Shown here piece by piece: positions 1 to 8,541 of a stretch of DNA of 58,540 bases; within the stretch, counting starts at the first letter, position 1; each line of letters starts with the position of its first letter. Under the pieces are notes generated by a model. The model was not told the origin of the DNA. It did no database searches and saw only the letters and a program-made list of their open reading frames with translations. The stretch comes from Verrucomicrobiota bacterium. GTDB lineage: Bacteria; Verrucomicrobiota; Verrucomicrobiia; Chthoniobacterales; Chthoniobacteraceae. The translations under genes and the position numbers were made by a program. The stretch lies in NCBI GenBank assembly GCA_037131875.1, contig JBAXQF010000001.1, forward strand, positions 1 to 58,540. Direction: 5' to 3'.

Positions 1-29
1 AGCAATCCACCAACAAACCAAAACAGACC

Positions 30-218
30 CTACACACAAAATTCCGGATACTGCCGTAAAGAGGTGAAAACTACTGAGCGATACCAAGCGTTTACACCTC
101 GTTCCCAAACTTCATTTGGGAAGCGATACCCCCGGAACCAGCCCAACCAAAGTCTCACCCCGGAAGGGGTGGCAGAGCGCATGTCGCGCAGACGAGACTG
201 GAGCGTCAAAACAGGCAT
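30..218. repeat. Composite of short palindromic repeat modules. Modules are shared with 48030-48118 and with the GTTCCCAA hairpin family.
   Basis: Hairpin ttcccaaa/tttgggaa at 102-122. The strings gatacccccggaa and tcaccccggaaggggtggcaga recur nearly identically at 48066-48118. The 62 aa ORF here is a repeat translation. Confidence 0.55.
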
Positions 219-274
219 GTCGCTCTTCTTCGACTGCTGATTGTGTCAACTAAGAACCCCTTCAACTTCTTGCT

Positions 275-748
275 TCACTTCGTCTCCGGCAAGGATCCCA
301 ACTCCTGCACGAACTCCTCGGGCTGTGCGGGTGAGATAACAATCGTAGAGCCGTCTTCATAACGTAACACTACGGCCAGGCTAGTGTCCGTTATTAAGGC
401 GCGATACGACCCGAGCCGCTTATTCCAGCACCGCCCACTAAATGAATAGAGACCACCGTTTCCACAGGTGCGGACGCTATTGCACGTCGCATCTGGATCG
501 AAAACTGCCGACTGTAGGTCGGTTCGAGGCAGCCGCGTTGACCACAGCAGCCTGTGCACTAAAATAGCATCAGGAACAATGGTGTATCCGCGGATTGCAA
601 ACAGGGCAGATATCGGCACCACCGCGCCTAGCATCCAGCACATCCAGCCGGTAACTACCCCGCTGAACGTGACCCACGCTAACAAGAGGGTAAACAATGT
701 GGACGTCACTATTAGTAAAGTGCTCCAAGGTGATTTGTAATGTTTCAT
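275..748 (-). CDS. Membrane protein with bacterial PH-like (bPH_2/DUF304-type) domain
   Basis: Two N-terminal hydrophobic helices are followed by a region (YSFSGRCWNKRLGSYRALITD...VVLRYEDGSTIVISP) typical of bacterial PH-domain proteins. Local GC is lower than in neighbours. Confidence 0.6.
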   Translation of the reverse strand: MKHYKSPWSTLLIVTSTLFTLLLAWVTFSGVVTGWMCWMLGAVVPISALFAIRGYTIVPDAILVHRLLWSTRLPRTDLQSAVFDPDATCNSVRTCGNGGLYSFSGRCWNKRLGSYRALITDTSLAVVLRYEDGSTIVISPAQPEEFVQELGSLPETK

Positions 749-1029
749 AAATTAATTGGGATCTCCCATTTGGTTTCTTGACCTCCGTCGTCGTGGATAA
801 CCGTATCAACTAAAAGGAAAAAAGGTGCCAGCCTTATTATTGACAGTAATAAGTCATTTTTGGCGCTGGAGGCTGGGCGGAGCATGTTGGTGGCGTGGAG
901 CCATGAACCCGTCCTAAGTTTCTCATCGATTCTGACGAACCGGTTCAATGCATCGTCATTGTAGATGATCGGCACGGTGTCCCCAACATAGAACGCCCCC
1001 AGCCGATTGCCAGCAAGATCGGAGGGCAT
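745..1029 (-). CDS. Hypothetical small membrane protein, possibly a DUF3592-like fragment
   Basis: There is a 4-nt overlap with the downstream PH-domain gene. GDTVPIIYNDD...RFVRID resembles a DUF3592 beta region, and there is one C-terminal hydrophobic helix. An in-frame TGA lies 3 codons upstream of the ATG, so the ORF cannot be longer. Confidence 0.35.
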   Translation of the reverse strand: MPSDLAGNRLGAFYVGDTVPIIYNDDALNRFVRIDEKLRTGSWLHATNMLRPASSAKNDLLLSIIRLAPFFLLVDTVIHDDGGQETKWEIPINL

Positions 1030-1167
1030 GGTGGGTCATTCCGCGCTTGTGAAGGCGGCGTTAGCAGAGAAGAATTTCTTGGCAATGCGGCGCGCATCCG
1101 CAGCGAGAACGGCGTGAAGGCCGCATGCGATGCGCTGGACTTGCGCCGAAACCCCGGGATCGCCAGG

Positions 1168-2199
1168 TTACTCGGCTTTCTCGCCGGGCAAGCGCTCTTC
1201 AAGGCGTTTGACGCGCTCCACCAATTTAGGCAGCCGGTTGATGTAGGCGGTGAGCTCTTTTTGCTCACGGATAGGCCCCGCGGGGGTGCCCCAATACATT
1301 TGCTTGGGGGCGAGATCCTTGCTGACGCCGCCCTGCGCGCCAACGACCGCCTGATCGCCGATCTCAATATGGCCGGCCACGCCCACCTGGCCTGCCAAGG
1401 TCACGTAGTTGCCAATCTTGCTGCTCCCGGAGACGCCGGTCTGGGCGCAGATGACGGTGTGCTTGCCAATGACGACGTTGTGCCCGATCTGCACCAGGTT
1501 GTCGATTTTGGTGCCTTCGCCAATCCATGTGCGCCCGAAGCGAGCCCGGTCGATGGTTGTATTGGCGCCGATCTCCGCGTCATCGTCAATTTGAACGATG
1601 CCCGTCTGTGGAATTTTCACGTAACGGCCTTGGGTCATCTCATACCCGAAGCCGTCACTGCCAACGACAGCGCCGCTGTGGATGATGACGCGGTTGCCCA
1701 AGGTGCAGCGTTCGCGGATGCTGACATTGGGGTAGAGATGGCAATGCGCCCCGATTTTGACCTCATGCCCCACGTAGGTATTTGCACCGATGACCGAGTG
1801 GTCTCCGATAACGGCTCCCGCTTCCACAACCGCATGAGGGGCGATGGAGACGCCTGCGCCGATTTGTGCGCTTGGCGCAATGACGGCGCTGGGATGAATG
1901 CCGGGCTCGAAGGTGATCGGGGCGGGGGCAAACCGCTCGACGACCTGGGAAAAGGCGACGGAGGGATTGGCTACCTGAATGGGGATCGCCGCAATGGATT
2001 CGGCAAACCCTTCGGGAACCAGCGCGCAGGTGGCGCGACTGGCTCGCAATGCCGGAAGGTATTTGGGATTGCCAAAAAAGGTAATATCGCCTTCCTGGGC
2101 CTCAGACACGGAGGCCGCGCCGGTGATGGGGGTGCTTCCCCCGTCACCCATGACACGGCCTCCTATGAGCGCGGCGAGTTCTTCAACCGTCGCGTGCAC
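1168..2199 (-). CDS. lpxD: UDP-3-O-acylglucosamine N-acyltransferase
   Basis: N-terminal ITFFGNPKY region followed by long left-handed beta-helix hexapeptide repeats. It sits directly downstream of skp and bamA, the conserved bamA-skp-lpxD arrangement. Confidence 0.9.
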   Translation of the reverse strand: MHATVEELAALIGGRVMGDGGSTPITGAASVSEAQEGDITFFGNPKYLPALRASRATCALVPEGFAESIAAIPIQVANPSVAFSQVVERFAPAPITFEPGIHPSAVIAPSAQIGAGVSIAPHAVVEAGAVIGDHSVIGANTYVGHEVKIGAHCHLYPNVSIRERCTLGNRVIIHSGAVVGSDGFGYEMTQGRYVKIPQTGIVQIDDDAEIGANTTIDRARFGRTWIGEGTKIDNLVQIGHNVVIGKHTVICAQTGVSGSSKIGNYVTLAGQVGVAGHIEIGDQAVVGAQGGVSKDLAPKQMYWGTPAGPIREQKELTAYINRLPKLVERVKRLEERLPGEKAE

Positions 2200-2201
2200 T
2201 A

Positions 2202-2813
2202 TTATTTGGTCTTGCTGCCTTCCGCCGCAGGAGCGTCCTTGAGCTTGCTGGCGTTGAGCGTTTTGATGATATCGTCGCTGAAGTCAGCGGAGTCTTTGGA
2301 GTAGAGGACAACCTCCACGCCGTTGGAGCTCAGGCCGGATTTGTCGAGCACGAGGTCGTATTGTTCGGCCTTGACCTTGTCGTTGATCAACTTGCGGATT
2401 TCATCGACGATGCCGGAGCGCATCCGTCCAGCCTGATCCTGAAGGTCTTTGAGGCGGCGTTGACGCAGCTCAACAATTTCCTTTTCCTGGCGCTTGGATT
2501 CTTCCGCCTTGTCGTCGCGCTCCTTGGTCTTCTTCTCCTTGGCGTCCTTGCTCAGTTCCGGCTTGTTGATTTCTTCATTGAGCTTGCGGATGACGTCGAG
2601 GTTTTTGTTAAAGACGTCCACAAGGTCTTGAAGCTCCTTTTGCGCAACTCCCTGGGCTTCATCGATGCGCTTCTTGGCCTGCTCGGTCTTATAGTAGCCG
2701 TTGAAGATCTTGTTCATGTCCACCAGGCCGATTTTGGTGTCTGCCTGTGCGAAGGAACCCATGGCGATCACAAAAGCGGCCACGAGCGAAGGAAGGATGA
2801 GGTTTGTTTTCAT
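2202..2813 (-). CDS. skp: OmpH/Skp family periplasmic chaperone
   Basis: Signal peptide, about 200 aa, Lys/Glu-rich coiled coil, located between bamA and lpxD. Confidence 0.85.
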   Translation of the reverse strand: MKTNLILPSLVAAFVIAMGSFAQADTKIGLVDMNKIFNGYYKTEQAKKRIDEAQGVAQKELQDLVDVFNKNLDVIRKLNEEINKPELSKDAKEKKTKERDDKAEESKRQEKEIVELRQRRLKDLQDQAGRMRSGIVDEIRKLINDKVKAEQYDLVLDKSGLSSNGVEVVLYSKDSADFSDDIIKTLNASKLKDAPAAEGSKTK

Positions 2814-2861
2814 AGTTAGGGAATTGGAATCATTTCTAAGACGCTACAAAATGCGATTCGT

Positions 2862-5165
2862 TCAAAATTGGTAGCCAATATTGAAATTGAAGTGGCCGCC
2901 CTTGCTGGTGGCGTTTCCCGTTTCAACGGGATAGCCGTAGTCAAGCCGGATGGGGCCGATGGGCAGATCCAGGCGGAGGCCGATGCCCGCGTCGGAGGAG
3001 ATGCTGTTCGCGCCGAACTGATACGCTCCGCTGTTGACAAACCCGGTGTCATAGAAGAACGCGCCGCGCACGCGGTCGATGATGGGGTAGGTGTATTCCG
3101 CCGTCGCGCGAGCCAGTGATTGGCCGCCAACCGGATCTTTGTTTACATCTTTGGGGCCGACATCGCGGAATTTGAAGCCGCGGAGGTCGTTGGAGCCGCC
3201 AAGATAGAGGCGGTCAAAGATGGGCACGTGGTCGCTGTTTGACCAGTTGTCCACCGTGGCAGCCTGACCCGCGAGGGTCAGGATGGTGTCCCAGGGCAGG
3301 GAAATGTAATGGGTGACCAGGAGGTTGGCTCCATAGATGCTTTCGTTCCCACCCAAAGGGCCGCCGGCCACATAGGGGGCGAATTCGGCGCGGGTTCCCT
3401 TGCGCGTCAGGAAGACGCTGTCGCGGGTGTCATAGACCAGCGAGGGGGTGACCATGCTCTTCACGTGGGAGCCTGCGTCATCCTGAATGGATTGGGAGGC
3501 GCCGCTGGCGACATCATAGAGAGTGATGTCTTCCAGGCGATAGTCCACGCGCCAGGAGAGATCCTGGTTGATGGCTTTGCGGGCGAAAACGTCAAAACCG
3601 TAGTTGCGCTGGTTGTAGGCCGTGCTCAGATAGGTTGCATCATGGTAGAAGAGTTCGCCGCCCACGGTCAGGTTGTAATCAAGGAAATAGGGCTCGGTGA
3701 GCGAGACCACAAAATCCTTGCGCGAGGAGCCATACTGGACACGCGCCCGGAAGCGCTGACCGCCGCCGGTGAAGTTGGGCCAGTTGGTGATGTCAAAGTT
3801 GCTCTGGGTCAGTTCGACAAAGCCGAGCACGCTGTCAATCGTGCTATAGCCCGCGCCGAAGTTGAGCGATCCGGTGCGTTTTTCCGTGACCACCACGTTC
3901 ATGTCCTTCTTCCCGGGAACGAGGGTGTCGGAGGCGAAAACGTCCACGCGTTCGAAGTAGTTCAAGTTCTTGAGGCGTTCCTTGGCCGCTTCGGCATAGA
4001 CGCTGTTGTAGACGTCGCCGGGCCCGAGGGGCAGTTCGCGCCGGATCACCTTGTCCTTGGTGCGCGTGTTGCCGGTGATGGTGACGCGCTCGACATAGGA
4101 TTTCGCACCTTCCTCAATGCGGTAGGTCAGCCCGGTCTGGCAGTTGCCCATGGGGGTCATGACCGGAACCACCTGCGCGTCGACGTAGCCGCGTGCGCCG
4201 TAGATGTCCTGAATGCGCTTCACGTCAGCCTGGACGTCCGCCGGGGAGTAAACGCTGCCCACGTGAAGTTTGAGGGCTGCGGCGAGTTCCGCTGTGGTGA
4301 AAAGCTTGGTTTCCGTCAAGGTCACTTTGCCCACGTGGTACTGCGGGCCTTCCACGATGGGGAAGGTCAAGTCCACATCGGGCTTGTCCGCAACGCGCGC
4401 CACCGTGGCGTCGCCAATCTTGACATCCGCATACCCGTGGTTCTGGTAAAATTCGCGGAGCGCATCGGCGTCCGCAGCGATTTGATCCTTATCCACCCGG
4501 CCGGACTTATCCAGGAAGGAGAGGATGGAGTGGGCGCGGGTTTTGATCACCTTGCGCAGTTGGCGGGCGCTGAAAGCGCTGTTGCCCTCAAAGCGGATGT
4601 GCTGGATGATCGTTTTGCCAGCCTCGGTGATGACATAAGTGACCACCGTTTCGTTGGTCTTTTCATCAGTCTTCACCTCGGTTTTGATTTCGGTATCCTT
4701 GAATCCCTTCTCCTGATAGGTGGTGAGAAGCTTCTGGCGGTCGGCTTCCACGTCCGCCTCGGTCAGTTCGCTGCCCGGTTTGGTGGTAATTTTTTTGCGC
4801 AGCGATTTGGCGCTGATTTGCGAGGCGCCTTCAATTTTGACCTCCTTCACCGTGGTCTTGGACTGGACAACCACGATCACCTTCACGCCGTCGGGCTGGG
4901 GATCGCCGAAAATGCGGACGTTGAAAACCTTGGCGGTCTGGTAAAGGTTGCGAACATCTTCCTCCGCGACGCCTACCGAGTAGGGGCGTCCCACCTTGGT
5001 GCGCATGTTATTGAGGATGCGCTCCTTGCTGACTGTGGCGGGGCCAGCGAACTGGATCTCGATGCTTTTAACGATGGGCGCTTGCACCTCCTGTCCCCAG
5101 GAGACTGATGCGGTGGCGACACAGGCGGTGGCGACCGCTGCGAGAATATGTTTGCTGGTTCTCAT
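2862..5165 (-). CDS. bamA: Outer membrane protein assembly factor BamA
   Basis: I chose the start at MRTSKHILAAVATACVATASVSWGQ (signal peptide); the ORF could extend to 5252. It has repeated POTRA-like units and a C-terminal beta-barrel ending NFNIGYQF. Confidence 0.9.
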   Translation of the reverse strand: MRTSKHILAAVATACVATASVSWGQEVQAPIVKSIEIQFAGPATVSKERILNNMRTKVGRPYSVGVAEEDVRNLYQTAKVFNVRIFGDPQPDGVKVIVVVQSKTTVKEVKIEGASQISAKSLRKKITTKPGSELTEADVEADRQKLLTTYQEKGFKDTEIKTEVKTDEKTNETVVTYVITEAGKTIIQHIRFEGNSAFSARQLRKVIKTRAHSILSFLDKSGRVDKDQIAADADALREFYQNHGYADVKIGDATVARVADKPDVDLTFPIVEGPQYHVGKVTLTETKLFTTAELAAALKLHVGSVYSPADVQADVKRIQDIYGARGYVDAQVVPVMTPMGNCQTGLTYRIEEGAKSYVERVTITGNTRTKDKVIRRELPLGPGDVYNSVYAEAAKERLKNLNYFERVDVFASDTLVPGKKDMNVVVTEKRTGSLNFGAGYSTIDSVLGFVELTQSNFDITNWPNFTGGGQRFRARVQYGSSRKDFVVSLTEPYFLDYNLTVGGELFYHDATYLSTAYNQRNYGFDVFARKAINQDLSWRVDYRLEDITLYDVASGASQSIQDDAGSHVKSMVTPSLVYDTRDSVFLTRKGTRAEFAPYVAGGPLGGNESIYGANLLVTHYISLPWDTILTLAGQAATVDNWSNSDHVPIFDRLYLGGSNDLRGFKFRDVGPKDVNKDPVGGQSLARATAEYTYPIIDRVRGAFFYDTGFVNSGAYQFGANSISSDAGIGLRLDLPIGPIRLDYGYPVETGNATSKGGHFNFNIGYQF

Positions 5166-5344
5166 AGAAATAGGTTCAGCCGCCCCGGGGTCATCCGGTT
5201 GCACCGGAAGCGGAATCGGGAAAGGAATGAAGAGTTCACGGGAAAAGGTCAAGAAACCTTTCCTTGCAGAGAGTCCGATATTGGTTTTTTACCCAAAAAT
5301 CGTATCTTATCGTGAGTGGAAGGGCTAAAAAACGACCCAAAGCG

Positions 5345-5659
5345 ATGCGTGAGCAACTGATCAGTGAACGGCTCGAACCGGTGCTGGCGGAGGTGGATGC
5401 CCGCCGGGTGGTCATTGGCGCCCCGCTCCTGCCCACGAAGTTTGTCTGGCGCGGGACGGAATATGCCGTGGCCGAGGTGCTGGAGGAGTGGAAGGAAACG
5501 GGCCTCTGCCACCACGGGAGCGGGGAGCGCTACGTGCGCAAGCATTGGTTCCGGCTGCGCATGGCCACCGGGGAGGAATTCAAAATCTATTTCGAGCGGC
5601 ACGCCCGCTCGCCCAAGCAGCTAAAGCAGCGTTGGTGGCTGTATACGGTGTTGGAGTGA
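5345..5659 (+). CDS. Small conserved hypothetical protein (DUF6504-like pattern)
   Basis: The pattern FVWRGTEYAVAEVLEEWKE...RYVRKHWFRLRMATGEEFKIYFER...RWWLYTV matches a small domain I recall as DUF6504. Family assignment is from memory only. The ATG at 5345 is preferred over the longer 5264 start. Confidence 0.5.
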   Translation: MREQLISERLEPVLAEVDARRVVIGAPLLPTKFVWRGTEYAVAEVLEEWKETGLCHHGSGERYVRKHWFRLRMATGEEFKIYFERHARSPKQLKQRWWLYTVLE

Positions 5660-5700
5660 GTCAATCCAGCAGCCGGTAGCGCGATCTGCAACTGGTTATT

Positions 5701-5721
5701 CTCACGCAAAGCCGCAAAGAG
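5701..5721. repeat. Solo arm of CGCAAAG-type repeat
   Basis: ctcacgcaaagccgcaaagag, with no inverted partner nearby. Confidence 0.5.
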
Positions 5722-5809
5722 CCCGCCTGAAGAACTGAGTTCAAGACGCACTTACCGGGGCGGCGCGCGTCAGCCGCCGCACGCGCGGCAGCGCGATTTG
5801 CAACTGGCC

Positions 5810-6901
5810 TCAGGCCAGCAGCCGGTAGCGCGTATCCCGCACGCGTGGCTCATACCCGGCTTCGCGGATGATCGCCTGGATTTCCTCTTTCTGAAGCGCG
5901 TAATGCGCTCCTGCGCTGCTCACCACATTCTCCTCCATCATCACCGAGCCGAAGTCGTTTGCGCCGTATTCCAGCGAGATTTGGCCGATCTTGGGCCCCT
6001 GGGTGACCCAGGAGGCCTGGATGTTGTCAAAGTTATCCAAAAAAAGGCGCGCAAGGGCCATGGTGCGCAGGTATTCCGCCGAGCCGACGGTCTGCGCCTT
6101 GAGCACGGTGTTCTCCGGCTGGAACGTCCAGCAGATGAACGCGGTAAAGCCCTTGGAACGCTCTTGCTGCTCGCGCAACCGGTGCAGGTGCTCGATGCGG
6201 TCTTCGATAGTCTCCACGTGGCCGAACATCATCGTGGCGCTGGAGGTGAGGCCCAGCCCGTGCGCCACGTCCATGACTTCCAGCCACTGATCCGTGCTGC
6301 ATTTGCGCGGGGCGATCTGGTTGCGAACGCGATCCACCAAAATCTCGCCGCCGCCGCCGGGGATGGAGCGCAGCCCGGCCTCCTTGAATTTGGAGATCAC
6401 CTCGCGCAACGGCATCTTGAAGACCTCGGCAAAGTGCTGGAACTCCGGCGGGCTGAACCCGTGAATGGCGATCTGCGGGAAGCATTCGCGGATGTGGTTG
6501 AGCATTTCGAGATACCAGTCGATGCCAAGCGCCGGGTGATGGCCGCCTTGCAGCAACACCTGCACGCCGCCGATGTCGCTCAACTCCTGTAATTTCTGAT
6601 CCAGCTCCTCCCGGGTGATCACGTAGCCTTCCGCATCACGCTCCGTGCGATAGAACGCGCAGAATTTGCAATAGACGTTGCAGATGTTGGTGTAGTTGAT
6701 GTTCCGGTCGATGATGTAGGTGACGATCTCGTTGCCGCGTCCGCCGTATGCCGCCGCCTTGATCTGCTTGCGGCGGGCATTGGCCAGCGCGCCGAGTTCC
6801 TCCAGCGGGGCGCGGTAGAGTTCCAGTGCGTCCTCCACGGAGAGGCGTTCTCCGGCGAGGACTTTATCGGCAAGGGATTTGGTTAATAGCGGGGCAGACA
6901 T
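5810..6901 (-). CDS. mqnC: Radical SAM menaquinone (futalosine pathway) enzyme, most like cyclic dehypoxanthinyl futalosine synthase
   Basis: CNVYCKFC radical SAM cluster motif in the NINYTNICNVYCKFCAFYR context. Also LLQGGHHP, PGGGGEIL, ATMMFGHVET and GFTAFICWTFQPENT. The MqnC versus MqnE choice rests on remembered family motifs. Confidence 0.8.
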   Translation of the reverse strand: MSAPLLTKSLADKVLAGERLSVEDALELYRAPLEELGALANARRKQIKAAAYGGRGNEIVTYIIDRNINYTNICNVYCKFCAFYRTERDAEGYVITREELDQKLQELSDIGGVQVLLQGGHHPALGIDWYLEMLNHIRECFPQIAIHGFSPPEFQHFAEVFKMPLREVISKFKEAGLRSIPGGGGEILVDRVRNQIAPRKCSTDQWLEVMDVAHGLGLTSSATMMFGHVETIEDRIEHLHRLREQQERSKGFTAFICWTFQPENTVLKAQTVGSAEYLRTMALARLFLDNFDNIQASWVTQGPKIGQISLEYGANDFGSVMMEENVVSSAGAHYALQKEEIQAIIREAGYEPRVRDTRYRLLA

Positions 6902-6912
6902 GGAGTGATATT

Positions 6913-7929
6913 CTAGCGCGTTTTCAGCGCCGCGCAAATTTCGTTGATCAAGGCCGGGCCGCGATAAATGAAGCCAGTGTAGAGCTGGACGAGCGCGGCT
7001 CCGGCGTCGAGTTTCTCCAGCGCGGCGTCGGCGTCAAAGATGCCGCCCACGGCGATCACGGGGAGGGTGAGGTGTTTGCAGACGTAGCGGACGATTTCCG
7101 TGGAGCGTGCCCGGAGCGGTTTGCCGCTGAGTCCGCCGGTCTGGTCGCGGCCTGCGGGGACGCACGAGTGGTCGAGCGTGGTATTGGTGGCGATCAGGCC
7201 CGAGAGCCCGTGATCCGTGACCAACTGGAGAATTTCGTCGATCTGCGGCCATTCCAAATCCGGCGCGATTTTCAGCAGCAGCGGTTTTGGGCTGGGCTTG
7301 GCGCGATTGGCGGCCATCACCGCGCCGAGCAGTTCGTTGAGCTCCTCCTTGCCCTGCAAGGTGCGTAGCCCCGGCGTGTTGGGGGAACTGACGTTGAGCA
7401 CAAAATAGTCGCCCAAGGCAAACAGGCGGTTGAAGGAGAAAAGGTAATCCTCAGTGGCTTGCTCCAGCGGGGTGACTTTGGATTTGCCGAGGTTGAGCCC
7501 GATGGGGATCGTCGGCCAGCGGCCCGAGGCTTTGAGCCGCTCCAGCCGTTGCGCCACGGCCTCCGCGCCGCTGTTGTTGAAGCCCATGCGGTTGATCACG
7601 CCGCCCAGTTCCGGCAGCCGGAAGATGCGCGGGCGCGGATTTCCCGGCTGCGGGAGCGCGGTGATGGTGCCCGGCTCCACAAAGCCGAACCCAAGTGTCT
7701 GCCAGGCCGGGAGCGCCTCGGCTTCCTTGTCGAACCCGGCGGCAAGCCCCACGGGGTTGGGGAAGGTGAGGCCAAAGACCGTGCGCGCCAGCTTGGGATC
7801 GTGGGTCGGCTTGAACCCCGTCTGCGCCAGCAACCGCAGCGCCCGCATGCAAACATGGTGGATGGTCTCCGGGTCAAACTGGAAAAGCAGCGGGCGGACG
7901 AGGTGGTCGTAAAGGAGCGGCGGAATCAT
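6913..7929 (-). CDS. pyrD: Dihydroorotate dehydrogenase (quinone), class 2
   Basis: GFGFVEPGTIT, NLGKSK, NVSSPNTPGLR and IAVGGI motifs. The start at MIPPLLYD (7929) is preferred. Confidence 0.9.
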   Translation of the reverse strand: MIPPLLYDHLVRPLLFQFDPETIHHVCMRALRLLAQTGFKPTHDPKLARTVFGLTFPNPVGLAAGFDKEAEALPAWQTLGFGFVEPGTITALPQPGNPRPRIFRLPELGGVINRMGFNNSGAEAVAQRLERLKASGRWPTIPIGLNLGKSKVTPLEQATEDYLFSFNRLFALGDYFVLNVSSPNTPGLRTLQGKEELNELLGAVMAANRAKPSPKPLLLKIAPDLEWPQIDEILQLVTDHGLSGLIATNTTLDHSCVPAGRDQTGGLSGKPLRARSTEIVRYVCKHLTLPVIAVGGIFDADAALEKLDAGAALVQLYTGFIYRGPALINEICAALKTR

Positions 7930-7980
7930 GTCGCCTCCTTTGAAGCACGAACCGGGTGGCAAACGAAGAAAAAACAAATC

Positions 7981-8046
7981 TCACGCAAAGCCGCAAAGGC
8001 GCAAAGCGAAGAGACGGCCTTCCTTCCCTTTGCGTCTTTGCGTGAG
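7981..8046. repeat. CGCAAAG-type hairpin repeat
   Basis: The arm tcacgcaaagccgcaaaggcgcaaag (7981-8006) is inverted as ctttgcgtctttgcgtga (8028-8046). It lies between the XRE stop and the pyrD start. Confidence 0.75.
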
Positions 8047-8073
8047 AACTTTCTTTAATCCTGATTTGCTGAG

Positions 8074-8376
8074 TCAGCGAGGAGTGCGGTCTTTTTGTGT
8101 TTTTCGCTGCGCTCCATGGGGATTGCGCGGCTTTCGCCTCAGGGGAATCAGCGTTTTTGGGAATAGGGCATCGAGAGATGAGGCCAGCGCGCGAGCGATG
8201 AAGGGGATCTCGTGATCTCCAACGCTCCGTACGGAGGCTTCAATTTTGGCCAATGTTCCTCGCGTAATATCAAGCCCCAACCGCTGGCACCGTGCTGCAA
8301 GTTGTTCTTGAGTCAGTCCGGCCGTTTCGCGCAAGGCTCGAATTTGGGGGCCGATGACGTTGAGGGGATGCTCCAT
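8074..8376 (-). CDS. XRE-family helix-turn-helix transcriptional regulator
   Basis: HTH_3-like segment LTQEQLAARCQRLGLDITRGTLAKIE and a basic C-terminal tail. Confidence 0.75.
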   Translation of the reverse strand: MEHPLNVIGPQIRALRETAGLTQEQLAARCQRLGLDITRGTLAKIEASVRSVGDHEIPFIARALASSLDALFPKTLIPLRRKPRNPHGAQRKTQKDRTPR

Positions 8377-8408
8377 GGGAGAAGCGTGCCGCTAAAGCAA
8401 AGAGAAAC

Positions 8409-8456
8409 TGCTCTTATAAAAGAGCATTGACAATTTTATCAACGGCGCTCTATTTT
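8409..8456. promoter_or_regulatory. Operator-like perfect palindrome embedded in back-to-back divergent sigma70-like promoters
   Basis: The palindrome is TGCTCTT-ATAA-AAGAGCA at 8409-8426. The minus-strand promoter is TTGATA (8437-8442 complement), N17, TTATAA (8414-8419), upstream of the XRE gene. The plus-strand promoter is TTGACA (8427-8432), N18, TATTTT (8451-8456). Confidence 0.45.
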
Positions 8457-8462
8457 TATTTG

Positions 8463-8528
8463 CCCTGGGAGGCCTGCACCCAAATGCGGCGGGACGCGGA
8501 GAATTCGTGATTCTCCGCGTCTTTTTTT
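8463..8528 (+). ncRNA. Candidate small RNA (about 65 nt) defined by promoter plus intrinsic terminator
   Basis: The plus-strand promoter above is followed by a perfect 12-bp stem terminator and T7 tract. No plus-strand CDS is present; the only ORF is 8 codons. Confidence 0.3.
8493..8528 (+). terminator. Rho-independent terminator
   Basis: gacgcggagaat (8493-8504), loop tcgtg, attctccgcgtc (8510-8521), then ttttttt (8522-8528). The T-tract is present only on the plus strand. Confidence 0.8.
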
Positions 8529-8541
8529 ACGCTTTTTGTGG

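Noticed and set aside
1114-2304. 396-aa plus-strand ORF
   Set aside because: It is antisense to lpxD. Hexapeptide-repeat genes in high-GC DNA give long open antisense frames. It has low-complexity Gly/Asp/Ala composition and no motifs.
3309-5108. 599-aa plus-strand ORF
   Set aside because: It lies entirely inside bamA on the opposite strand. Its composition is typical of GC-rich antisense frames.
5166-5252. Longer BamA N-terminus starting at 5252
   Set aside because: The extra 29 residues precede a classic signal peptide that starts at MRTSKH, so the internal ATG at 5165 is more plausible. This is not certain.
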